From the NCBI GenBank assembly GCA_905480125.1, contig CAJQPE010000025.1, forward strand, positions 3,949 to 67,948: a DNA stretch of 64,000 nt, written 5' to 3'. Both the position numbers and the translations under genes were made by a program. This DNA is from an uncultured Flavobacteriales bacterium. GTDB taxonomy: Bacteria > Bacteroidota > Bacteroidia > Flavobacteriales_G > NORP312. The notes beneath the pieces are model-generated. The model was not told the DNA's origin and ran no database searches. It saw only the letters and a list, made by a program, of their open reading frames with translations. Positions 56,267 through 64,000 of the stretch are shown piece by piece (the stretch's first letter is position 1; each line of letters opens with the position of its first letter).

Positions 56267-56285
56267 TCACATAAATTAATCCGCA

Positions 56286-56849
56286 CTACCACTCTTCTCC
56301 ACCGCCCGTTTTCATGGCAGCATTTAAACTTTGAACCAACTTAGTCAATTCTTCGTCCATTTGTACTAGATAAGACGCGTACATTCGCTTGTATTCCAAT
56401 TTGTTAGCTGCATCCCATTTTTCGGCAGGATAAAACGTTTGTTGCTTCTTGCCAATATTAGTAATCACGTACCTGTAGCGGCCAGCTTTGCATAATATAC
56501 TAATATCGTATTCTATCATACCCGCCTGTGTTTTAGTGCCAGTACCTTCTTTCTGATCCCAAATTCTAAATCTCGCTTTCCCAATCAATGTACCACCTTC
56601 GGCATCTTTTGTTCGAATTACATCTGAAGGATTTTTATAGTAAGATTTCATCCAAGCAAGAGCTTTTCCATATAGTTGCGCTGTTTTTCCGGTTGCTTCA
56701 ACTACACCATCATAACTGATCAAATTCGTTTTCGAATCGTAATTAAGTGCCGGTACCTCAATTTTTACTTCTTCGTTCTTTTTTCTTTTCTGAGCGAACA
56801 CAGAAACTGACATAACGAGTACCAGGGCAACTAACAACACATTCTTCAT
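56286..56849 (-). CDS. DUF4468-like (TBP-like fold) secreted protein
   Basis: Seen: signal peptide MKNVLLVALVLVMSVSVFAQ, then SYDGVVEATGKTAQLYGKALAWMKSYYKNPSDVIRTKDAEGGTLIGKARF, which resembles the DUF4468 pattern (recalled). Confidence 0.75.
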   Translation of the reverse strand: MKNVLLVALVLVMSVSVFAQKRKKNEEVKIEVPALNYDSKTNLISYDGVVEATGKTAQLYGKALAWMKSYYKNPSDVIRTKDAEGGTLIGKARFRIWDQKEGTGTKTQAGMIEYDISILCKAGRYRYVITNIGKKQQTFYPAEKWDAANKLEYKRMYASYLVQMDEELTKLVQSLNAAMKTGGGEEW

Positions 56850-56900
56850 GGAAAATAATTTAAGCGACCAATTTAGGAAGTATAATTAAGAGTAAAAATT

Positions 56901-57574
56901 CTATTTATTAACAAATAGAGTTTCCGCCATTAACAAGTCTTCGGGTGTCGTTATTTTTATATTCTCACGATTACCCTCTACAAGGTGAATCTGAATACCA
57001 TTAGCTTCCGCAACACTAGCATCATCCGTAAAATTTGGATGATAAGTCTGTTCAAATGCCTTTTTGATAATTTTCAAATTAAACACTGTGGCGTCTGAAC
57101 TAACTTATAATTTTCTCGCTTAACAGTTGATGAACTAGTCTCATCAACTTTTCGAATTGTCTCATAAACATCAACAACTGGAATCGCATTACCTCTATCG
57201 TCAGCTGCAGTAAAACACCTTTCCAATGTACTATTACTAACCAAAGGTCTTACACCATCATGTATCGCTACAACATCTCCATCTGAAATCAAATTTAATC
57301 CGTTTTTCACAGAGAAAAACCGTTCTGGCCCACCTTTAACTATACGATGCGTAATTTGAAAATCATGTTTTGTACATAACGATTTCCATATCGAAATTTG
57401 ATTTTTAGGAAGTACAACTGTTATTTTAATACTAGAATCAAAACGAAAAAAAGCCAATATTGAATGCATCAATATTGGCTTTCCTTTTAATTCAATAAAT
57501 TGTTTCGGAGTTGAAGACTCCATTCGTTTTCCGCTTCCACCAGCAACTAGTATTACATGTCTTTTGGAAGCCAC
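56901..57574 (-). pseudogene. ispD: 2-C-methyl-D-erythritol 4-phosphate cytidylyltransferase, split by a 1-nt frameshift
   Basis: Seen: ORF 57074-57574 = (GTG)ASKRHVILVAGGSGKRM...[10 protein letters not shown], and ORF 56901-57086 = (V)[54 protein letters not shown]. Known: intact IspD reads ...VQTPQ.F....L..A........TDDAS..E..G..V.LV.G...NIKIT.PEDL. One extra T in the minus-strand run TGTTTAA (plus-strand A3 at 57081-57083) would restore a single reading frame of about 224 aa. Confidence 0.85.
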
Positions 57575-57577
57575 AAG

Positions 57578-58627
57578 TTATAAAATCAACATCGCGTCAC
57601 CATATGAATAGAATTTATATCCGTTAGCTTGCGCTTCTTTGTATGCTTTCATTGCAAAATCGTATCCAGCATATGCTGCAATCATCATCAGTAATGTTGA
57701 CTGTGGCATATGAAAATTAGTAATCATGCAATTCGCGATGTTAAACTCATAAGGCGGAAAAATGAACTTATTTGTCCAGCCCTTAAAGGGTTTAACCTCA
57801 CCGATGGTTGAAACTGAAGACTCTACAGTTCTCATTACAGTTGTTCCAACTGCGCAAACTCTTCTCTTCTCAGATTTTGCAAGATTAATACTCTTTGCAG
57901 CTGATTCCGTAATCTCTATTTCCTCAGAATCCATTTTATGTTTAGTAAGATCCTCAACTTCAACTGGCCTAAAAGTACCTAATCCGGTATGCAATGTAAC
58001 TTCCGCGAAACCAATACCTTTAATTTCTAGACGTTTCATCAGCTCACGACTAAAATGAAGTCCAGCAGTTGGAGCAGCAACGGCCCCAGTATTCTTGGCA
58101 TAAATTGTCTGGTACCTTTCTTCGTCTTCAGGTTCTGTTGGCCTATTAATATATTTGGGAAGGGGCGTATCACCTAGTTTAGTTAATGCTGCCTTAAACT
58201 CATCATACTCCCCATCAAAAAGGAAACGCAAAGTCCGACCTCTTGAAGTTGTGTTGTCAATTACCTCTGCTACTAATTCGTCATCTTCACCAAAATAAAG
58301 CTTGTTTCCAATTCTAATTTTTCTTGCCGGATCAACTAATACATCCCAAAGACGACTTTCCTTATTTAATTCTCTAAGCAAGAAAACTTCGATTCTTGCA
58401 CCCGTCTTTTCTTTATTTCCATACATTCTTGCTGGAAAAACTTTGGTGTTGTTCAATACCATCAAATCTCCATCATCGAAATAATCGATAATATCCTTAA
58501 ACATTTTATGCTCGATTTTACCAGTATCACGATGCAATACCATTAATTTTGACTCATCTCTGTTGGCTGAAGGGTGCTCCGCGATGAATGACTCGGGAAT
58601 CTCCATTTTGAATTGGGATAATTTCAT
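57578..58627 (-). CDS. queA: S-adenosylmethionine:tRNA ribosyltransferase-isomerase
   Basis: Seen: [25 protein letters not shown]-like [34 protein letters not shown]. Confidence 0.95.
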   Translation of the reverse strand: MKLSQFKMEIPESFIAEHPSANRDESKLMVLHRDTGKIEHKMFKDIIDYFDDGDLMVLNNTKVFPARMYGNKEKTGARIEVFLLRELNKESRLWDVLVDPARKIRIGNKLYFGEDDELVAEVIDNTTSRGRTLRFLFDGEYDEFKAALTKLGDTPLPKYINRPTEPEDEERYQTIYAKNTGAVAAPTAGLHFSRELMKRLEIKGIGFAEVTLHTGLGTFRPVEVEDLTKHKMDSEEIEITESAAKSINLAKSEKRRVCAVGTTVMRTVESSVSTIGEVKPFKGWTNKFIFPPYEFNIANCMITNFHMPQSTLLMMIAAYAGYDFAMKAYKEAQANGYKFYSYGDAMLIL

Positions 58628-58702
58628 TTTCTAATCTTAAGTTACGGCTCAAAATTGAGGAATGCGAAAGTAATTATTTTAATACTAAAATGATAGATAA
58701 TT

Positions 58703-59413
58703 CTACCCATCCCAAAGGTTTTTAACAAACCCATCTATTTCGTAAGCACTCGCCAAAGAATAATCTCCGATTTTAGTTCTACAGAGCTGGGATAAATGCC
58801 CACCATTCTCTAGTTTGACGCCAAAATCATTGGCAATAGACCTTATATATGTCCCTTTACTGCATGATATTCTAAAATGCACATTTGGCATTTCAATTTT
58901 TTCAATCAAAAAGGATGAAATTAAAATAGAACGTGCAGATAATGTTATCGATTTTCCTTTCCTTGCTTCAATATAAGCCTTTTTTCCATCCACCTTTTTT
59001 GCAGAAAAAACAGGAGGCATCTGCTCTGATTCCCCAAGAAAAGACGCTGCAGTTTTATAAATGTCTGCGTCAGTAATGTTCGAAAAATCAAACGTATTAT
59101 CAATTTCTGTTTCTAAATCAAACGAAGGTGTTGTTGCACCGAGCGTTATTATTCCCGTGTATTCTTTCTCTTGCGCTTGGATAGTATCGATTTGCTTGGT
59201 TAATTTCCCCGTACAAATAATCAATAAACCAGTGGCTAATGGATCTAGTGTACCTGCATGCCCGACTTTTAATTTCTTTACGCCTAATTTTCTTTTCAAC
59301 TGATAACGTAGTTTATTTACTACATCGAAAGAAGTCCATTCAAGGGGCTTATTTATTAGCAATGTCTGCCCGTCAAGATACTTTTGGTCCTCTTCTGCAA
59401 GCGCTACATCCAT
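58703..59413 (-). CDS. truB: tRNA pseudouridine(55) synthase
   Basis: Seen: LLINKPLEWTSFDVVNKLR, KVGHAGTLDPLATGLLIICTG (catalytic Asp), GTYIRSIANDFG. Confidence 0.93.
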   Translation of the reverse strand: MDVALAEEDQKYLDGQTLLINKPLEWTSFDVVNKLRYQLKRKLGVKKLKVGHAGTLDPLATGLLIICTGKLTKQIDTIQAQEKEYTGIITLGATTPSFDLETEIDNTFDFSNITDADIYKTAASFLGESEQMPPVFSAKKVDGKKAYIEARKGKSITLSARSILISSFLIEKIEMPNVHFRISCSKGTYIRSIANDFGVKLENGGHLSQLCRTKIGDYSLASAYEIDGFVKNLWDG

Positions 59414-60207
59414 GTTGTAAATATCGCAATAGCCCCAACAATAAAGCAGTAAATTGAGAAGTACACCAGTTTGCTATTCTTAACCAAAGCAATCATCCAT
59501 GTGCAGGCCAATAATCCAGAAACAAATGCAGCAACAAATCCTATACCCATGGGCAGAGCCGAATCAGCTATCAAAACGAATTCACCGCCGAGCATATCTT
59601 TTGCCATTTTTCCTAAAATTAATGGAACAACCATTAAAAAAGAAAACCGTGCCGCCTTTACTTTATCAACCCCAAGCAGAACAGAAGTAGCAATAGTCGC
59701 TCCAGATCTAGAAATACCTGGCATAATAGCAATTGCTTGTGAAATTCCGATAATTACCGAATATAAATTTGAAACCTCTTTAGCTGTGTTTTTTGCCCTG
59801 TCAGCGAGAAACAATAGTGCCCCTGTTAGCAAAAGCATACAGCCCACCAATAAAATTTGCCCGGAAAAAAGTGATTCAATCTGTTCATCAAATAACACCC
59901 CGACAAAAGCTGCAGGAATCATGGAAATAACAATCTTCAATAAAAACTGAGTTTCTTTATTCCACTTAAATTGAACCAATCCTTTTATGATTTCGGCAAT
60001 ATCATTTCTGAAAACAACTATTGTACTTAAAGCTGTAGCTGCATGCAAAACAACTGTCATCATTAAATTTCCTTCGGAAATTTCCTTACCCTCACCAAAC
60101 TTATCCATGATATAGTTTGCGATTTCAAGATGACCACTACTACTTACTGGTAAAAATTCAGTAAGACCTTGAATTATTCCAAGAATTATCGCTTCAATAA
60201 TCGACAT
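59404..60207 (-). CDS. uppP: Undecaprenyl-diphosphate phosphatase
   Basis: Seen: GIIQGLTEFLPVSSSGHL, PGISRSGATI; 8 TM helices; 267 aa. Known: BacA/UppP motifs. Confidence 0.93.
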   Translation of the reverse strand: MSIIEAIILGIIQGLTEFLPVSSSGHLEIANYIMDKFGEGKEISEGNLMMTVVLHAATALSTIVVFRNDIAEIIKGLVQFKWNKETQFLLKIVISMIPAAFVGVLFDEQIESLFSGQILLVGCMLLLTGALLFLADRAKNTAKEVSNLYSVIIGISQAIAIMPGISRSGATIATSVLLGVDKVKAARFSFLMVVPLILGKMAKDMLGGEFVLIADSALPMGIGFVAAFVSGLLACTWMIALVKNSKLVYFSIYCFIVGAIAIFTTWM

Positions 60208-60216
60208 AAAGAGAAT

Positions 60217-60471
60217 TTAGTCTTTAGAAGATTCTTCCCTAGGTTTTTTCATTATTCCATAAAGAACAACACCTAAGCCAACCAGAATAGTGATGGGAGC
60301 CAAAGTAATTCTTCTTGGACTAAAAATTTCATCATAATTAAAATCTTCTAAATTTTCAGCGCCTCCGCCAGCCATCAGAAAAAATCCAATGATTATTAGT
60401 ACCATTCCACCTATAATAAACTTGTAATTTTCTTTACCTAGTGGAAACGCTTCATTATTATCTTCAGCCAT
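60217..60471 (-). CDS. DUF3098-like small membrane protein
   Basis: Seen: two TM helices and FSPRRITLAPITILVGLGVVLYG. It sits between ftsX and uppP, as in other Bacteroidota (recalled context). Confidence 0.7.
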   Translation of the reverse strand: MAEDNNEAFPLGKENYKFIIGGMVLIIIGFFLMAGGGAENLEDFNYDEIFSPRRITLAPITILVGLGVVLYGIMKKPREESSKD

Positions 60472-60480
60472 AATTTCTTT

Positions 60481-61356
60481 TTAATATAGTTCTTCAGGTT
60501 TCATTCTCAAATACTTTCGCACTGCAAAGAAAGTACTTATCCAAGTAATAAGTATAGCTACAATGAAAACACCACCAAATACTATCCCAAACATTTCAAT
60601 ATCACGCATGTTCAAGAAATCTGGAAATTTAGATTCGAAATAATATATCATTCCCATTAATATTCCGTTCGCCAATATAGCCGCATATATTCCATAGCTA
60701 ACTCCTTGCCCTAAAAAGGGCCTCCTAATAAATCCTTTTGTTGCTCCAACTAACTGCATACTTCTAATCAATAGTCGTTTGGAGTATATGCTCAGTCTAA
60801 TACTATTATTGATAAGCACTATTGCAATAAACGCTAGAATAGCAACAATAATAGCCGAAATTAAACTTATCTGTTTGATATTCTTATTTACTGCATCGAG
60901 TAAGTTTGGATTGTACCAAAATTCATGAACACGCGCATCTTTTGCTATATTTTCTTTAATCCAAGTAATACTATCAGGATTCGCATAATCTGCCATTATT
61001 TTTACATCGATTGACGATTTTAATGGAATGTAACCCAAGAATTCAACTGCATTCTCACCATGTTCCTCGTTGAAAATAGCCATTGCCTCTTCCCTTGTAA
61101 TATGCTCTGTTGTTTTAACATAAGCTTCTGAATCTAGCGATTTTTGAAACTGGGTGATGTCTGCATCTTTTACATTATCTTTCAAAATAACACTAAATCC
61201 GATATTCTCCTTAATATAGGTTGCAGCTTTATTTACATTAAATACCAATAAGCCAACAGAACCTAAAACAAGCAAAACAAGCGTAATACTAATAACTGAA
61301 GTTAACGCTAAACTTCTTGATGCTCTTCTCGAAAATTTTTGTCCTTCTGAACTCAT
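60481..61356 (-). CDS. ftsX: Cell division protein FtsX (permease-like)
   Basis: Seen: N-terminal TM, periplasmic domain, and a C-terminal 3-TM FtsX block (IRLSIYSKRLLIRSMQLVGATKGFIRRPF). No ftsE adjacent. Confidence 0.9.
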   Translation of the reverse strand: MSSEGQKFSRRASRSLALTSVISITLVLLVLGSVGLLVFNVNKAATYIKENIGFSVILKDNVKDADITQFQKSLDSEAYVKTTEHITREEAMAIFNEEHGENAVEFLGYIPLKSSIDVKIMADYANPDSITWIKENIAKDARVHEFWYNPNLLDAVNKNIKQISLISAIIVAILAFIAIVLINNSIRLSIYSKRLLIRSMQLVGATKGFIRRPFLGQGVSYGIYAAILANGILMGMIYYFESKFPDFLNMRDIEMFGIVFGGVFIVAILITWISTFFAVRKYLRMKPEELY

Positions 61357-61366
61357 AGCAATACCG

Positions 61367-61374
61367 CAAAAATA
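61367..61374 (-). promoter_or_regulatory. Candidate -7 box (TATTTTTG on the minus strand) for ftsX
   Basis: Seen: the reverse complement of CAAAAATA reads TATTTTTG, 10 nt upstream of ftsX ATG 61356. Known consensus TAnnTTTG. Confidence 0.35.
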
Positions 61375-61529
61375 ATAATATAATCAATCGCCAAACGTTC
61401 GGTTTTCATAGCTTTGCATCCTTTAATGAGAAATTGATTGAATGCAACAAGGAGTTACTATTTTAAAACAAAAGAAACGTAATTCAAATATTCATTTATT
61501 CTCTCATTCAAGCACTAAAAATACTTAGA

Positions 61530-64000
61530 ATGGAATATGATTTTCAACGAATTGAGGGCAATTGGCAAAAATATTGGGCTGCTAACAAAACGTTTAAAGC
61601 CGAAATCAATTCTGATAAACCCAAATTTTATGCCCTTGATATGTTTCCATATCCTTCTGGGGCTGGTTTACACGTTGGGCATCCGCTAGGATATATCGCT
61701 TCTGATATTTATTCAAGATACAAAAGGTTAAAAGGATTTAATGTACTACACCCAATGGGATACGATTCTTTTGGTTTGCCCGCGGAACAATACGCTATTC
61801 AAACAGGTCAGCATCCTGCTATAACTACGAAAGTAAATATTGAGGGTGGGGAAGATAAAAATGGAAACCAAGTTGCTGGTTACAGAAAACAACTAGATCA
61901 ACTAGGGTTTTCATTCGATTGGGACAGGCAGGTAAAAACTTCTGAGCCATTATATTACAAATGGACTCAGTGGATTTTTCTTCAAATATTTGATTCTTGG
62001 TACAACAAAACGAGTAACAAAGCTGAGCATATTTCAACTTTAATTGCAGCGTTCGAAACAAACGGAAACACAAAAGTAAATGCTGCTTGTGATGAAACAG
62101 AATCATTTTCTGCTACTGAGTGGAAATCAAAATCGGAAGAAGAACAACAGACGTTATTGTTAAACTATCGTCTTACCTTTTTATCTGAGGCGGTTGTAAA
62201 CTGGTGCCCTGAATTAGGAACCGTATTAGCTAATGATGAAGTAGTTGGAGGTTTATCAGAAAGAGGAGGTTACCCTGTTGTTCAGAAAAAAATGACACAA
62301 TGGAGCATGCGTATTACAGCTTATGCTGAGCGTCTTTTACAAGGTTTAGACACAATCGATTGGACAGATTCAATTAAGGAAATTCAGCGAAATTGGATCG
62401 GAAAATCTGTTGGTGCTAGTGTTAATTTTGCTATCGATGGTCATTCTGCTTCATTAGAAGTTTTCACGACTAGGCCTGATACGATTTTTGGCGCTACATA
62501 TATGACCTTGGCTCCCGAACACGAATTGGTTGCCCAAATAACTACGAGCGAACAAAAAGAAACCGTTGAAGCATATGTATCTGAAGCTGCGAAAAAATCG
62601 GAGCGAGACCGCATGAGTGATGTAAAAACCATTTCTGGAGCTTTCACCGGTGCGTATGCATTACATCCATTTTCGGGAGAAAAAATTCCCATTTGGATTG
62701 GCGATTATGTATTAGCAAGCTATGGTACTGGAGCAGTAATGGCGGTTCCAGCCCATGACTCTCGTGATTATGCTTTCGCAAAGCATTATAATATCCCCAT
62801 TATTCAAGTTGTTGATGGTGGAAATATTGAAGAAGAAAGTTATGATGGCAAAGAAGGAAAACTGATGAACTCAGATTTCTTAGATGGATTAAATGTTAAG
62901 AAAGCAATTAAACTAGCTATCTACGAAATCGAAAAAAGAGGTTTAGGCGCAGGTAAAACAAACTATCGTTTGCGAGATGCTGTATTTGGTCGCCAAAGAT
63001 ATTGGGGCGAACCAATTCCGATGTATTACAAAAATGGAATTCCTTACCCGATAGATGAAAGTGAATTACCGTTGGAGTTGCCTGAAGTTGACAAGTACTT
63101 GCCAACCGAAGATGGCGAACCACCTTTAGCTAGAGCTGACAACTGGAAATACAAGGGCGAGTTTAACTACGAACACTCAACCATGCCTGGCTGGGCAGGT
63201 TCCTCTTGGTACTTTTTACGCTACATGGATTCAGACAACGAAAACAATTTCGTAGATAAAAATCTTGCAGAATATTGGAACCAAATTGACCTTTATATTG
63301 GTGGTGCAGAACATTCAACAGGACACCTATTGTACTTCCGTTTTTGGACCAAGTTTTTTAAAGACATGGGATACATCAACTTCGATGAACCCGCAAAGAA
63401 GTTGATTAATCAAGGAATGATTCAGGGAAATTCGCGATTTGTTTACCGGGTTAAAGGAGAGAACAAATTTGTTTCCTATGGCTTAAAAAAAGAATACGAA
63501 GTCGCACGACAAAATGTTGACATTTCAATCGTGGATGGAAACATATTAGATATTAGCTCATTTAAAAAATCAAGAGAAGAATACACAAACACTGCATTTA
63601 TTCTTGAAGCTGGCAAATATCTCTGCGGCAGTGAAGTAGAAAAAATGTCTAAATCTAAATTTAATATAGTTTCTCCAGACGACCTATGCGAAAGATATGG
63701 GGCAGACACATTGCGGTTGTACGAAATGTTCTTAGGCCCATTAGAGCAGCATAAGCCTTGGGACACAAAAGGCATTGAAGGTACGCACCGTTTCTTGAAA
63801 AAATTATGGAGGCTATTTACCGAAAATGGTATTTCCGAAGAACCTGCTACCAAATCAGAATTGAAATCGCTGCACAAAATGATTCAAAAAATGGAAGACG
63901 ATTTAGATCGTTTTTCATTCAATACTCCAGTTAGCAACTTCATGATTTGCTGTAATGAGTTAACTGATTTAAAATGCAATAAGCGTGAAATATTAGAATC
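61530..64000 (+). CDS. leuS: Leucine--tRNA ligase, 3' end beyond the window
   Basis: Seen: own translation from ATG 61530 gives [25 protein letters not shown]...[23 protein letters not shown]...[20 protein letters not shown]...[10 protein letters not shown]...EKMSKSKFN, open to position 64000. It is not in the ORF track because it has no stop. Known: HIGH (HVGH) and KMSKS class I motifs. Confidence 0.95.
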   Translation, partial: MEYDFQRIEGNWQKYWAANKTFKAEINSDKPKFYALDMFPYPSGAGLHVGHPLGYIASDIYSRYKRLKGFNVLHPMGYDSFGLPAEQYAIQTGQHPAITTKVNIEGGEDKNGNQVAGYRKQLDQLGFSFDWDRQVKTSEPLYYKWTQWIFLQIFDSWYNKTSNKAEHISTLIAAFETNGNTKVNAACDETESFSATEWKSKSEEEQQTLLLNYRLTFLSEAVVNWCPELGTVLANDEVVGGLSERGGYPVVQKKMTQWSMRITAYAERLLQGLDTIDWTDSIKEIQRNWIGKSVGASVNFAIDGHSASLEVFTTRPDTIFGATYMTLAPEHELVAQITTSEQKETVEAYVSEAAKKSERDRMSDVKTISGAFTGAYALHPFSGEKIPIWIGDYVLASYGTGAVMAVPAHDSRDYAFAKHYNIPIIQVVDGGNIEEESYDGKEGKLMNSDFLDGLNVKKAIKLAIYEIEKRGLGAGKTNYRLRDAVFGRQRYWGEPIPMYYKNGIPYPIDESELPLELPEVDKYLPTEDGEPPLARADNWKYKGEFNYEHSTMPGWAGSSWYFLRYMDSDNENNFVDKNLAEYWNQIDLYIGGAEHSTGHLLYFRFWTKFFKDMGYINFDEPAKKLINQGMIQGNSRFVYRVKGENKFVSYGLKKEYEVARQNVDISIVDGNILDISSFKKSREEYTNTAFILEAGKYLCGSEVEKMSKSKFNIVSPDDLCERYGADTLRLYEMFLGPLEQHKPWDTKGIEGTHRFLKKLWRLFTENGISEEPATKSELKSLHKMIQKMEDDLDRFSFNTPVSNFMICCNELTDLKCNKREILE

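Noticed and set aside
59471-59950. 159-aa ORF antisense to uppP.
   Set aside because: It is fully embedded in a gene with diagnostic UppP motifs. The translation is a low-complexity mirror of a membrane-protein gene.
61825-63877. Several minus-strand ORFs (61825-62106, 62441-62692, 62917-63123, 63476-63877).
   Set aside because: All are antisense to the uninterrupted leuS reading frame, which carries HIGH and KMSKS motifs.

Overview
Low-GC Bacteroidota chromosome segment, probably Flavobacteriales-like. This is inferred from T9SS type A and type B sorting domains, choice-of-anchor-L/SprB-repeat surface proteins, TAnnTTTG -7 boxes close to start codons, and the conserved coaX-OMP-TPR-lptC-CNNM-ppiD and ftsX-uppP-truB-queA-ispD gene orders. 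I can support about 55 protein genes, one tRNA-Phe(GAA), a few intrinsic terminators and some promoter-like motifs. I saw no rRNA, CRISPR array, transposase, integrase or phage gene, and no recognisable defence or toxin-antitoxin module. Most of the window is housekeeping: kynU, hemL, gcvP, tsaB, gpmI, purD, an acyl-CoA carboxyltransferase, moaA, moaCB, coaX, lptC, rlmN, queA, truB, uppP, ftsX and leuS (which runs off the 3' edge). There are three accessory-looking parts. (i) 10.4-14.3 kb holds a Lys-rich small secreted ORF and a 1226-aa SprB-repeat protein with a T9SS type A CTD and an unassigned N-terminal head. (ii) 24.9-33.4 kb is a four-gene co-directional locus encoding three 800-980-aa T9SS type B CTD proteins. 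They share a repeat stalk but carry different heads (choice-of-anchor L + Calx-beta twice; CUB-like + PKD + protease-less P-domain once), and a 130-aa secreted ORF is coupled to the third by an ATGA overlap. (iii) 42.0-44.6 kb holds a GT4 glycosyltransferase and a markedly AT-rich 446-aa polytopic membrane protein of unknown function next to tRNA-Phe. Direct sequence anomalies are a 1-nt frameshift splitting ispD, a decayed TPR gene with an in-frame TAG and no start, a 0.5-kb gap with no credible gene, and a 10-bp palindrome enclosing the -7 box upstream of the adhesin locus. The adhesin locus is my best candidate for something undescribed, but that is a hypothesis from domain patterns read by eye, not from any database search.
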